63,393 nucleotides of DNA, filler included, from Syncephalis fuscata S228 (GCA_025786725.1; 5 parts of 5 records of this genome joined end to end with filler, not necessarily neighbours in it), one strand, 5' to 3'. Shown: positions 13,041 to 27,909, counted from the whole stretch's first letter. Numbers and translations: made by a program. Notes: generated by a model not told the origin, from the sequence alone.

Positions 13041-15789
13041 ATATTATTATACTAGGCTTAACACAATCAAACCAATCAAACGAACCACTATTGCTATTAT
13101 TAAAATGACCAGTGTGGGTGTAGCTTTATAGAATGTAACTATTTTTAGTATACTAGCAGTATAGTACAATTCAAATAATTGAATGGCATAACAAAGCTAC
13201 TAGACACTATACTAATGTTGATTTATAGCATATTTATTTAGTTAAAGAATGCTAAATGTTAAAGCGTTTATAAAAAAGTAGCTGTATTTGCTACTACCTA
13301 TAATCAGGTTAGGCATGGCATTACAATGGGAATCAGCACTATGATATAAGCATCATGTCAAATAGTTGACCTCCATATACACACACATTCAACGATACAA
13401 GAAGGCAACAGCAATGGCAATGTCTATCAGCGAGTATAAGTACGACAACCACCGCTCGTTATAGTTGCAATGTTGGTGGTAATATTCAACTGACATCAGC
13501 GGCGATCAATGTCAATACACGCCAGCAAGCTGCACATATTAGCTACTGTATTAATAAGCAGTATAGTTAAGCAACATACAGCAACATACAGCAGCATACA
13601 GCAACATACAGCTGTTGAAACGCATGTTAGTACGCATGCAACACCAGCGATTGATTCTATGCTATAATTACAAAATAAATAGTAGCGTCATTATGGTTGA
13701 TTGTAATCAAAATACGTGCCGACGGCCAATATATATTAAATATTGTTAATATTTAATGCTAATATTGCCATTTCTATTTGTGGTGCCTTTTCACGATTTT
13801 TCCAACATATGTCAGTTATATGCGCCAATGCGTCAACGCCATGCGGTTATAGTAGATGCTATTACGTATTTCTAGCTGTATGATTGATAGAATCAAGAAT
13901 TGGTAAAGTTAATTAATAAAGGCTATAATAGTCCTTTTTTTGTTATTTTGACAATAAAAGCCCACACAAATACTAATTAAAAAATGTATCGATTGCTTAA
14001 TAGATAGCCAATTGCAACTTGACAGTATCAATCCCTGTAGCCATAATTGACCGTTAACAATTGCTGTCGATTTGCTAGTTATGTCGGCCAACCAACAGCG
14101 TCGGTGACATGATATAATTAATAAATATATTAATGATTGGTATTGCATATAGCTACAGTATGTGTGTAATAGCACAATAGCACGCAATGGTACACCGTCA
14201 GCCACACGTGCTGTGAACGGTATGCTAATCATGTACATTGGTTGTTTTATTAGCATTGGTGGTGGCGTGTATCAAGTATAACCGGCATCATTGGTAGATC
14301 ATGTTATGCGGCATTGCCACTGGCAACTATACAGATGCTATCAGTCATCCGTAATAGTACTGACAATGTTAATGGCTGTGAATGTGTTATACAGACAATG
14401 GCGATTTTGGCTACATACCGTATACAATTATGTAGTGGAGTGTATAACAATAACAGCCATTGGTATAGTATTGTCTATTGGTGCGCACTCCATACTGTTG
14501 CCGGTATACAAAAGCAAATCTTATGCATAGTCATCAGTTAGTAACAGTGCATATTATGCTGCCACTTGCTAAACGAGCAGACGTTAACTGTCCATGTTAT
14601 TTGTAGATATGTTTCAAATTGGCAAGTACCAACACTAGGTTTACTACTTGTGTCGCCAATTACCCAGTAACAACTGGCATGACAATTCTCAATAGCCAGC
14701 ATTAGTATACATGTTTATATTGACGATCGGTAATCTTCAACAGTAATTTCAATTGTGGCATTTATTAAACACAGCTCACTACTGTCGTTGGCAATACAAA
14801 TAGCAACTATTTTGCCAATTCCTAGTTGTTGCACTGCAATACATAGCATTGGTTTACAATGGTAGTAAGCTGTATAAATAGCGCTCACTAACTGTTAGTA
14901 TCGGTAGCTATATCATGCCAATGATGCACGCAGTATATTCAACACTAACTGTCGACCAGTAACCAGCAATACACAATAACAGATAGCACTAATGTAGCCA
15001 TATGATTAACTGATACCCATGTTACATGTCTATTAACCTATAGCCGGCTATGGAAATAATCAAATATCCATACTTTATCGGTGTTGACGCGCGATTACTA
15101 GCATATTGCTTAACAGAATATTGCTATACTATTATATTGGCTATTGTTAATCAGTTGATACAGCTAATCAGCAGGTATCCGTAAATACTATGCAACCAGC
15201 TAGTCGGTAAACAACATGGATTAATAGCGTTTGGCCAGCTATATATATATATTGAAAACATGCATGGTGCTTAGTTGTCCATTTGCTAATAGCGTTGCTA
15301 TTAATTTCTACTATTTAGATAGATATTAACAATACGATCTTGTCAATAGAATAATGCTAATTTCTATAGTAATCATGAGCAATATTACAATGTTGCCATT
15401 GCCAGCTAACTAATACAGCTGGCTATACGTTGATGGCAACAGTAATTTAATGTTTTCATGTTCACTACTGACCATTGACGGCTGCTTGATTGTTTATTAA
15501 TGCTTATATATATATTATACAATTATCCGTGTTAGTAATGTAGCTGTTTATATATTATAATCGAACATATTCATTATATAGCGCTCTGTAATAACGTTCA
15601 TTGGCACTATTCCAGCGTCAAAACTATTAACTTTGTCATAACATCGTTGCAAACTTTAAATAGCTGTATTAGCTCAATATCGATCTGTACCAAAATAGTT
15701 GCCATGTACATGCACAATAGTCTTTTTGTAATGCTCTATAGTCTGCAATACATTAATCGAATGATCTATGTCAAAGTATCACTATCATA

Positions 15790-15889
15790 NNNNNNNNNNN
15801 NNNNNNNNNNNNNNNNNNNNNNNNNNNNNNNNNTTAATTAATTAANNNNNNNNNNNNNNNNNNNNNNNNNNNNNNNNNNNNNNNNNNNN
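15790..15889. other. Assembly gap with six-frame-stop linker
   Basis: An N run containing TTAATTAATTAA. The same linker occurs at 31490-31589, 56110-56209 and 61409-61508. Confidence 0.98.
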
Positions 15890-16199
15890 GAAGTGTTATT
15901 AATACGTTTATTGCTTTGTAATTAAAACAACGTACAATTGAAATAACTAAAAGAATGACAACCAATTTTTAATTTCATTAATAATATTATTAATAGAATA
16001 ACATTGTATCACTATTAACTACACGACTTTTATTAAATAATTCATTTTTTGTCTTTTTTAAACACTGCAGTCTTTGGCTTTATTGCGTCGTTTTTCTTTT
16101 CCCTTTCTCTCTTTTCTCTTTCTTTCTCTCTACTTCAATTTCACGGTTAGGCTTGGTCTTTTTTGATTTTGAATTGTGTGTATCTCTATCTTATTTACA

Positions 16200-17309
<1,110 letters not shown>

Positions 17310-17543
17310 GCTTTTTATTATACGCAAAAATGAAAGGGCGTAGACGCGATAACGCGATACTAATCATTCGTTGTCAAATTATTGTGGATGACGTCCAAGT
17401 AATTATGGTGTGGTGCATGCCTCTTTTTTGTACAAGCTTAAATAAATATATTTAAAACGTAAACATTTATTAACATTATTACATCGATCCTTTCTAGTCA
17501 TTATTATTACTATATTATTACTACTATATTATTTACTATTATT

Positions 17544-19141
17544 ATGCCTCGTTCAAGGTCAAATTCGCCGCAGGGACGTTCACGTCGGCGGTCTCCCTCG
17601 CCCGAAAGACGAGAGTACGTGTTATACTGCAAGTAAAATGACCTACCATTCACTGATCGGTTTGTGGCCAGGCGTCGAGATAGAACACCGCCACGTCGAC
17701 GGGAACGCTATGACGACACCAAAAACGACGATAGATCTCGAGAGCGCCGATTGTCGCCGTCGCCGTCGTCTTTGTCCAAAAAGGCGTAAGTAATCTAAGT
17801 GATTTTGGCTATATATGATATTTATAAAACATGGCGTTAGTTCTAGGCGCGATCGTTCACATAGTCCGTAAGTATTTGCAAGAATGTAGATAAATAGAAA
17901 TTAAATTGTAGTAGAGAGCAAGCTACACGGCGGTATCAAGGCCGTTCAACCAGTGCCGATCGACGAGTGTAAGTAAAGATGCTTTTTAGTGGTCTATTGG
18001 CTTATTTATCATGTATATAATAGGCGAAGTCGGTCTCGTAGTCCTGACCGACGTCGTCACCGCCATAGACATCGTTCTAGAAGTGAAGAACGTCGTCGTC
18101 GTCGTCGTCATCGGCATCGCCGGCACCGTCGCAGAGATGATTCAGATCAGGATGATGCGTCGAGTGCTACAGATAGTGAATCGGACAGTGCTAGCTATGA
18201 CAGTGACAGTGGCAGTGGCAGTGATTCAGCATCCTATAAACGCTCACGTAAACATAAAAAGCATAAAAAAAGTAAAAAGGTAAGATAGTATTACTATTGA
18301 ATAAGCTATTATATTAACATTATTTATAAAGCGCAAGTTAAAGAAGGATAAGAAAGGTAAAAAATCATCTCGCTTAAGTGGTGTGATTGGAGAAGAGTTT
18401 GGCAAACATGGTATTCTTCGAGAAACCGAGTAAGTAACAGCTAGTGACAAGAATAAAAATAATATAATAGACGTGGCTAATAGAATATAGTGTATATACA
18501 AAAGAACAGGTAGATCTATAGTCTATGTATGATTGTTATTTCTAAATCAAGTATTTGACAGGAATTCCACGCTTGGCTTATTGAGGTCAAGCATTTATCG
18601 CCTGAAGTGCTGAATCAACAGCAGATGAAGCAACATTTCAAGCTATACATGGAAGGTAACGTGTAACATTTATTTATTATGAATTAGCATTAATGACATA
18701 TAGTAGATTATAATACGGCATCAATGCCCCATGAAAAGTATGATAATAATGATGGTTGTTGTAAATTCACTAATATAACTTTATTAGATATTATAATATG
18801 GAGAAATGGGAAAAGAGTCAGTATGGATCAGAAGATGCATGGGGCCAGAAAATGAAAGGCAGTGGCGGTGATAGTGTATCGGCCATTGGCTCATTAAATT
18901 TGTTACGAGATGAAGAGCAGCTTCGGTAAGTAAATGGATCAATCAATGCAATCTAAAGATACTAATAAGCTTTTTTAGACGACAACGTGCTTCCGGTGGT
19001 ATGGCACGCTCGGCCGCTCCAACCATGACAAAAGAACAAGTGGAAGATTTACGACGTGTTCAAGGTGAACGAATCGCTGCTGAGAAATTGCGTAAAATGG
19101 GATACCAGCCTAAAGAAAGTATGGGTGTGCGCTACGAGTAA
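17544..19141 (+). CDS. Arg/Ser-rich nuclear protein with a conserved C-terminal domain, many short exons
   Basis: N-terminus MPRSRSNSPQGRSRRRSPSP and RS/K-rich exons, then EEFGKHGILRET..EFHAWLIEVK..YMEDYNTASMPHEKYYNMEKWE..KESMGVRYE*. Canonical introns. Confidence 0.8.
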
Positions 19142-21834
19142 ATACACTCAGTTCATTTATTTTTTAGTATATATGAAATAAAAAGTTTTCTACAAAATTA
19201 AAATATTGTAATATAAATTAAATAGATAATAAATTGTTGCACATCAAAATACTACGAGTAAACTATTACTACCAAGTAAAGACCGTCATGTTGTTATATA
19301 GCAGTAATGTTTTATCTTTTAATCTATAGGCTAGAGTGCTAGTTGAACAAGAAGTAGATAATATAAGACAAAAATATTGATAAATCAAATTGCCTAGGAG
19401 GTAAAGAAGGCAATTGATAGAGAGTTAGCAGTGTTATAATTATTATAATTATTGCACACTTTGACTTGTTATAGATCTGCAATGATCCAAAGTAAAAATA
19501 AAACATAAAACAATTGCTTGCTGCACATATGTTAAAATGGTATAAAAAAGCCAAAATACATTTACTATATAAATTGAAGCACCGACGTCAATGATTGGAA
19601 TAAAAATGATTAGCAATAAAGATAGGATTAAAAAAGAGCAATGTAAGGACGTGTTGTAAAGAGTGTTTGTAATTCAACTAGTGGTTAATCAACTACTGAC
19701 ACAATTTATTCTACAAATACTTAATGTTATGTTTATTACGGCATATTCCGCTTCTCAATGTTACAATTCTGTTCATAAATTGTATAGCAAACTATCGTAT
19801 TTACTGGTATTTTAGATAATTACTCGGTCATGCATGCATGTGCTACATTATTCTGGTTTTTATATAGACATTTGAAAGTAATATGGTTATGTATTTATTC
19901 CTGTTTTCATTCAATCAATTTTAATGCACTTGATAATACAGTATAAATAAAGCGTATTTTATTTCTATTTAGTAGCATTAAAGCTCAACTAGTGACTTAT
20001 GTGCTATACCATATTTCTAAAGGCAGCTCATTTTATTTAACTAATAAAGTAGTAGGATTGTATAGATTGATTGGTTTAATTGTATGCAAATGATAAGGCA
20101 TTTTGAAAAAGTAGGCGTATCTGATAGTATCTGAAATGCTGCTGGTATGGTTGTATTAGACAAGTTTGGGTGCACTGGCCAATTGATTTAAATTTGTGTG
20201 GAAATAACTGGCAAATGGAAGGCAAAAAGTGAGCAATGTGGAAATAAGGAAGGGATTATAATCCGATATACTAATATGATGGCATCCGACACTAGAAGGT
20301 TTTAGCTAGATGCAATACGCCAATGAGCAGCTACCACATAATCTTTACCAATATTGTTCATTCTAATGGTAGATATGTTTTGGGACAATTTTATAAGGTT
20401 GTGTAGTGATTACTTTTGCTTATTATCTCGCTTTCTTTTTTAGTTGTTAATATACTGTAAACCATTTGTTAACGGTATAGCATCAAGTCTAGTAGGCACA
20501 TCCAGTGGTGTGTGGTCCCCTGGTTGGTTGGCCATGGAGTACTGTGTTCTTACTTGGGAGCTTTGTTGAATGTGCAATACATTATTTGCAGACTATCGTA
20601 TTATACTAGCTCAGCAACTATATGGCTGCCCGTAATAGGCGGCTGTATACTAGTGTAGCGCGGAGGCATGTGGGTGTTAACTGAATTGCAGTATAGTACT
20701 AATTTCAAATATTATTTAAAAATACTTGCTTTGAAGCCATAACTTATTTTCAATGCATGTTCGTGATTGCCAGAGCATTATTACTTAATAGTATCTCTGC
20801 GGTTTGTTTTATCGCAGTAAAGGCTAGCTATTATACTGTATTCTTTAATAGCACATCGGTATATGGTGGCACGTTGTTTAATCGTAATATGTAGCGGTGC
20901 TTAAGTGATCAGCTTTGTGCAACAACTACAATTAAGCAAACCAGTAGTCTAGCAATCTTTATTGCTACATATAAGCTACCACACATGTTACGGCATTCAT
21001 TAAGGCGTAGGAGCCATCCTGGCATGGCTAGTATAGAATCATGTGCTTCTGACATATGATACTTGCGCCAAATGGTTGTATCGTCAGTATTCCGTGGTGG
21101 ACGCGTAATTTTTACTAGTTGATGCCTCGATGGACAACTTTAATTGTGGCTTTACAAACGATTTGCCTAGTGCCTTTGTATAATGTTTAATAACATTATC
21201 GCACCAAAAATGGCCACATTACATGCCCGCTATAAAAAACGAATGGATAGCAATTAGCTAAGTATATGAACGTTACCACTACTAAATAATATTGACACAC
21301 TTTTGTTATAGTTATTCAAGCATTGGTGCCGGGACAACAAGTATATACAAGCTGTATTTATCAATGTGCATCATTATTTTTTGCATGCAATTTATAATAT
21401 CAATTATTGTCTTCATTAATAGGAGTAACGGCAGCAGTATAATATACTGCTGCTGGTAATACCGCTTAGTATGGGTTTCCAAATGAGAGTGTATACTCGT
21501 TTGGTTTTTATCCTGCCAAGTAGTAATTGGTATTGTAACTGCGCATCTGCTAAATGTGCTGGTTAGGTATTTGAAGTGGTGGCAATAAAGAGGGAGATGA
21601 AGGCACTTTTATACACATATACATCTAAGTGGTAGATTTTAATAAAACATGTATGAAATGTTTATTTTAATGACATCGTATTATAACGATGGTTCTATTA
21701 TTATTGTTTATATATTTGTTTATTATATTCATTGAATTTGAAAAGTGTTATTAATATTTAAATGGCTAGATTACAATTAATTATACCTAATACAATTATA
21801 AAAGAGTATATAATTTTTTATAATTGACATAAAT

Positions 21835-22720
21835 TAGTTTAATTTGAGAGACAAATGACTAATATTTAATAACATCCAATCTATTGAACATGGTGATAAA
21901 TGGTGAATGACATTAATCACCAAATACTCGTCATCATAGATTTACTATCCAATATGCATATATCATTACAGTATGCGTTATTGCTATATATACCCATCGC
22001 TTTGCTTGATTAACATTAAACCATAACTAGTTAGCATGATCTAGTTTATTTATAAATAATCTTAATAAAACAACTCCGTTCATATCCATATTATTTGTTA
22101 TACCAATATAACTCAGTGAACAAACTAAGTGCGATAAATCAATTCTTATTAATAAAAGGGTTAAAATCATATTGACAACGGTTATAGACAGTGTATGGTC
22201 AATATATAATAAAATGATAAACATTATAATGAATACGCAATATTGAACGAGATTAGCAATGTTAAAGTTATTGAGCATATATGCATGAACGGATGAGTAG
22301 AATTAGTCGACATTTATTAATGATAGTGATAGAACAAAAATAAAAGTAGTTTTGGATAGAGGAAGACTATGCGAGTATAGAATGATATATAAAATGATAA
22401 ATGTACGGTGAAAAAGCATATAAAGCAATGTTAAAGCTATAGTGTATATAATGCAATGCGTGGAATGAGTGAAGTATATTGGAATATACAAACAACAGAA
22501 TGTGTCTAGTATATCATAAAATGATATATAGTAGTGTGGGATGGAATGGAAATGATATAGGTGAATATATTATATATGCGTACTAGATAATGAACCTACA
22601 ATAATGGGTATTTGCTAATTAAATAAAACTCACCATTTGTCCCCATGTTCAATAGATTAAATATGTAGTCCAATTGCGCGAATGTTATTAAAAATAATCA
22701 TTTGACCCCCAAATCATAAT
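21835..22720. mobile_element. MITE-like family 1 copy with both inverted arms
   Basis: The left arm CAAATGACTA..AATCTATTGAACATGG..ATGGTGA..AAATACTCGTCATCATAGATTT is the imperfect reverse complement of the right arm CTCACCATT..CCATGTTCAATAGATT..TCATTTG. Non-coding. Confidence 0.65.
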
Positions 22721-23659
22721 ATAATTTAATGATTTGATAATTTAATGAAAATGATTATTCAATAAAATAAACGTTTAGTTTGACTGGGCGAGTGCTGTCA
22801 AACAAGTCAATTGGTACCAATCATAATAATTGTTTATTTTTATTACATCAGCACTTGCACCCACACTATAAAAACAGACTGCCGATCGCATAGCACACGA
22901 TTTACGTCACACCTTCCTCTTTCTCTTCCTCCACACCTGACAGCATTTATCCACTAGCCACCTCCCCCACTTGCACTTGTTTCCATAAGTTTAGTATATG
23001 CCTTGCTTGCTATATGTCATTGTTGGTCTATTAGTATAAGCATGCCTAGTCTCGGTACTACATACCGCCCTGCTGTATGGCGCCATACAGCAGTGCTAGC
23101 AGTGTCGTTTTGCCTTGTGAGCAGCTGCTAGTATGCTAGCTATGATAAATATATGCTGCCAAGCATACAATGTTTTCTTTCTCTTTCTCTTCCTCTTCCT
23201 CCTCCTTCTTCTCCTCCTCTTCCTCTTCCTCTTCATCCTCTTCTTCTCTAACCTTCCATTACTCACCGTACTAGCAACAGTGTATGCTGGATATATGCTA
23301 CCAAGCATATACTGTTCCTTTCTCACCCTCTACCTCATCCTTTCCTCTATATCTTCCATTGCTCACCGTGCTAGCAATAGTGTGTTTAGCTACGGTAGTA
23401 GCATATGGTGGCACTCTGTACTGGCCATACAGCAGTGCCACTATATGCACTGCCTGTAAACACCTGCCAGCATGATGTTGCATTGGCAGCACACCTCTTT
23501 TCCCTTTTCCCTTTTTCCTTTTAATAAACCACTTACCGGTCCTTCTTTATGGTGCACTGATCGTGCAATGGTAAGTAACTAGCTTAAATCTGTCACTAAC
23601 TCTGCATATAATACTTTAGATTCACAAGCCATCAAGTATCAAGTTCAAGAGCAATGGCG

Positions 23660-24690
23660 ATTAGTGTGTTAGCGGCCGGCTACCAAGCAATATAATAATC
23701 AATGTTATATTGATGACTTTAGATTTTGTTTACTAACTTACTAACCTGTATTGATAATTACAAATTTATATCATAAATAAAAATCACCAAATTGTTTTAG
23801 TGTGCTAGCGGCCGGCTACACAACATTGCAACATACTAACTTTATATGTATTGTTTTAGATTTAGGTACTTGGACACTAACACTAACACTTGTTGATTAT
23901 TATAGATTGTAGATAGCCGGGCACCGGCATAAACACTGGCGCCAACACCAACATCAGCACCGACACCGACACCAGTACCAACACCAATGCCAACATCAGC
24001 ACCGACACCAACATCAGCACCAACACCAACAGCAACATCAACACCAACACCAACATCAACATCAGCACCAACAACAACATCAGCACCAACACCAACAGCA
24101 ACAGCAATATCAACACCAACAGCAACATCAGCACCAACACCAACATCAACATCAACATCAGCACCAACAACAACATCAACACCAACACCAACATCAGCAC
24201 CAACACCAACATCAACATCAGTACTAACACCAACATCAACATCGACACTAAACACCAGCGCCGACGCTAACATCAATACCGACATCACCATCAACAACAA
24301 CATATACAAGTAATTTGTCATCAAGTTCAAGCATCAAGCATAAAGCATAGTTGTTATCACGTACTTTAAGCACACATGATCTTAAGTACCATATCCTTTT
24401 ATTTCTTATTCAACTCCCATTGTTTTTATTTCATATATTTGCACTAACAATATAACAATGATTTTAGATTCTAGACTGCCGCCTACTAACATACTAACAT
24501 CATTAATATTATTTTAGATTTTAGATAACCGGCCATGGACACCTAGCGTAAGTATTATTATTATACATAGCCGGCCGCTAGCACACTAAAACCAAATACA
24601 AAATATCAATTCAGGACAATTGTCTACTAACGTACTAACATTGTATTTATTGTTTTAGAATTGTAGGTAGCCGGCCGCTAACACACTAAT
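23660..24690. repeat. Two nested perfect 25-bp inverted-repeat pairs enclosing a CCAACA/TCAGCA minisatellite
   Basis: 23660-23684 is the exact reverse complement of 24666-24690, and 23794-23818 of 24568-24592. The minisatellite spans ~23940-24300. Confidence 0.85.
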
Positions 24691-24869
24691 ACGCTCACAT
24701 CAAATAAGTAAGTAATGTGATACAGCAGTTGTAGCAGTATCCATCATACTTTGTATGTGGTGGTATACCGCCATCAATAAACGGTAGTATACCACCACAA
24801 CAATAGCAACAAACAAGTACTTGATGTGACATCATCAAGATTAAAGTTATATTAAATCAATTTAATAAT

Positions 24870-25560
24870 ATTTTATTTATTATCCAGTACGCATATATCC
24901 TATATCCATATGTATCATTCCTATTCTATCCCATGCTGCTATATATTATTCTATGATATACTAAACACATTCTACTGTTTATATGTTTCAATATATTACA
25001 CTCATTCCTCTCATTATGCTATATGTACTGTAATTCCAGCACAGCTCATCGCACACTTACCATTGCATATCAGTAATACCATATATTATTTTATCGTATA
25101 GTAACTACCTTCTGTTAAAAACTGCCGCTTGTTTAACTTTAGCTTTCTTAAATATAAAAGTCGACTCATTATAATTTAATGAGTCGAAATGAGCTGAGAT
25201 TTACTAACAATATATCTATACTCGAACCGATGACTATTTTAAATAGAGCAAAACCAGATGAGCATAAAATGATATACAGTAAAACGATTATACAATAGTA
25301 AATGTGCGATGAGCTGCATTGTAGGTATAGCATATGTAAAGCAATGAATGGACAGAATGAAATGTATCGAATTATATAATAAATATAATGTGTCTAACAT
25401 AGCATAGAATGATATATGCATACTGGATAATAAATCTACAACGCTGAGTGTTTTAAACTTGGATGTCAGTCACCATCCATTATCATGTTCAATATATTGA
25501 ATGTTATCAAGTTAGCCATCTGACCATTAAATCATATTAAATGAATAGCAGATTGTTTAT
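24870..25560. mobile_element. MITE-like family 1 copy (left arm truncated)
   Basis: TTATTATCCAGTACGCATATATC (~24877) is inverted relative to GATATATGCATACTGGATAATAA (~25411). A central hairpin TCGACTCATTA-TAATT-TAATGAGTCGA lies at ~25161-25187. Confidence 0.6.
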
Positions 25561-25688
25561 TGCAATAAAAATAGTATATACATTAAAATGGTATACAAGC
25601 CAAAAGATTAAATGACGTACTGTAGCCATACGCAGCTGTTTTGTAGCTTTGCTTCTTTTAATATTTATTTTATAAATTTACATTCAGA

Positions 25689-26617
25689 ATGAACAACAAC
25701 AATAATTGTTCTACACCAGCTAGCCAGAGCACGGTCATAGCTGTGGATTCGGACTCGGCTCATTTAAATCTGGTCAATGCAGTTGAGGTATTGCATACTA
25801 ATTCGTGGCTGGAACTAGCAAAGCTAACTTACAAACAACACATTCGGGAGCTACTTTACTTGGGAGGTAGTGCGTCGTTTACCAATTGGATATGTCCTAA
25901 CAAAACAGAAACAGCAAAATTGCCGACAGCATGGCCGGTATATGGATGGTAAAAAAATAAAGGCAATAATAGCGATAATAAATGACTAATGCTTGTAATC
26001 AATAGCGGTAGACATTCATGCAGTCTTACGTGGAAGCAATACACCGCCGCTATTGCTGCTTGTCCTCATATAGACCACCAATCGATGCCTATGTATTGGA
26101 TTTCCATCAGGTAATAGTTTGATCAAATGATAAAGTCTATAAACTAAACAACGTATTTTAGGCCTAGTAGACCCTGGAGAAATAGCAGCTAACGCAGCTC
26201 TTCGTGAGTTGTTGGAGGAAACGGGATACCGAGGACGTGTAACGCATATCGGACAGCTTATTGCTTATGAGCCAGGCCTAACTAACTCGGGTACTCGACT
26301 CGTTCGCGTGGAGGTAGTCTATTATTACAATATTCAGGCTATAGCGCTAATAGATTTTAAAGGTAATCTGGATGCGCCGGAAAATCAATCGCCTAAACAA
26401 CAGCTTGATGGTGACTATGAACAAGGGCTTGAAGTTATCAAGCTACCTCTACACAATCTTCTGGGCCACATCGAAGGTACTAATTATTGTAGTTATTAAT
26501 TATTATCTAACAATGTTACATATATGACTAGATTTACAAAAAACACGTCCTAATCTTACTGTGGATTCTCGGCTATATACATATGCCGTTGGACAACAAT
26601 ACCATGTCGAGCAATAA
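25689..26617 (+). CDS. Nudix hydrolase, ADP-ribose/ADP-sugar pyrophosphatase (NUDT5/YSA1-like); apparent frameshifts in the 5' part
   Basis: YRPPIDAYVLDFPSGLVDPGEIAANAALRELLEETGY Nudix box, then PGLTNS, PENQSPKQQLD and VDSRLYTYAVG. Introns present. Confidence 0.85.
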
Positions 26618-26652
26618 GCAAATAAATGATTTATTTAGTATAACATATCAGA

Positions 26653-27909
26653 TTACTGCTGAAGATAGCGATGTAGTGTTTTTGCCGGCTGTCGTCGAGA
26701 TAGACCGACACGGATTGGTGTGCGTGGACTGTTAATACTGGACATGGCATGTGAGCCTGTATTGCTTGCCATTGGTTTACGTAGTCCTGGCGATTTAACA
26801 GCACTAACTGGAGTAGGTGGGGAGGCCACTTTAGCTGTTTTTACCTTGGTATTTGTATTAGAAGCTAAAGTGGATGCAGTATCGGCTGTTTTAGATGTTG
26901 TAGGCTTTTTAACTTGTGCTTTCTTATTAGTAAATGTCGACTTTATTGTTGCAATATCCGCTATAATCAATTCCTCTTCTTCTTCATTTACAATTGTTTC
27001 TGCCTCTTCTTCTTCACTATCCTCTTTTTCAACGATAGTTTGTTTGTTATCAGGCTGCTCTTCAAATTCTTCATCTTCAATTTGCTTTTTATTTGCTTTG
27101 CTTTGTTTTTTGCTTTGTTTTTTGCTATTCTTTGGCAGTTCGTCATTTCGCTTTCGTTTTGATGGTGCTGCTGGTTGCTCCGTTTCACCCATAGTATTGG
27201 ATTCCAAATCACTAGCTGTTTTCGTCTCTTCACCGCCATCTTCTACTTCGGCAAGATATGCTTCTAAATCAAAAACTGGTGCTACTTTTCCTCGACTTGC
27301 ACGACCTGATCGTCGTCGTGATCCATCCTCATTGCTTTCATTAGAGGCTATTTGCACAGCCATTTGCCAATCCATTTTTTCTTGTTCGGTCATATCTTTA
27401 GATACATCAGCGGCTTTTTCTACTTTGTTTTTTGAACGTTTTATTGGCTCCTTCTTTTTTTTAGTTGTTTGCTTGATCTCTTCATCTATAAATGTAAGCT
27501 TATCTGCGTCTTGTTCATTTTTAGGCTCATCCACGTCCATAAACGCGTCAGTTAATGTTAGTGAACAAGCAGGTTTTGAAATTGCCTGCTTAACTGGCTC
27601 TTCGGTTGTTTTTGTTGTTGTTTCTTCTACTGGCGATGGTTGATTTTCATCATTAGGCTGGTTATCATCTGTTTGTTGAGAGCCTTGAGTATCTGAAAGT
27701 GACAACTGTATAGCTTTGCGAATTGCCTCCTCTTCTTTACCGTTCTCATCTTCGGACAAGTTATCGCCATGTTGCAATCCTGCTGCTGCTGGTGCTTTTT
27801 GCATACTGGCAGTTCGACGTGGTCGCTGTGCAGTCGTGGCTTCTTTACGTCCAACAGAAGGTGCGTGTTTTGTAATTACAAAGTCGTCAAAATCAGAATC
27901 AGAGTCCAT
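26653..27909 (-). CDS. Acidic/Lys-rich disordered protein with UIM-like motifs and a RAD51AP1-like C-terminal motif
   Basis: 418-aa single ORF with EEEAIRKAIQLSLSD (UIM-like) and C-terminal SPRTPIRVGLSRRQPAKTLH. Confidence 0.75.
   Translation of the reverse strand: MDSDSDFDDFVITKHAPSVGRKEATTAQRPRRTASMQKAPAAAGLQHGDNLSEDENGKEEEAIRKAIQLSLSDTQGSQQTDDNQPNDENQPSPVEETTTKTTEEPVKQAISKPACSLTLTDAFMDVDEPKNEQDADKLTFIDEEIKQTTKKKKEPIKRSKNKVEKAADVSKDMTEQEKMDWQMAVQIASNESNEDGSRRRSGRASRGKVAPVFDLEAYLAEVEDGGEETKTASDLESNTMGETEQPAAPSKRKRNDELPKNSKKQSKKQSKANKKQIEDEEFEEQPDNKQTIVEKEDSEEEEAETIVNEEEEELIIADIATIKSTFTNKKAQVKKPTTSKTADTASTLASNTNTKVKTAKVASPPTPVSAVKSPGLRKPMASNTGSHAMSSINSPRTPIRVGLSRRQPAKTLHRYLQQ

Noticed and set aside
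15834-15845. TTAATTAATTAA palindrome as a biological site
   Set aside because: It is an artificial linker inside every N gap.
20460-21350. Decayed gene or TE with a CGHFWC RING-like peptide on the minus strand
   Set aside because: Stops occur in all frames and the motif is too short to support a call.
23842-24330. Mucin-like or VGVGAD-repeat proteins
   Set aside because: Several frames are open because of the stop-poor hexamer minisatellite. No credible gene structure could be built.
26720-27643. 307-aa hydrophobic ORF on the plus strand
   Set aside because: Antisense shadow of the Lys/Glu-rich 418-aa gene.
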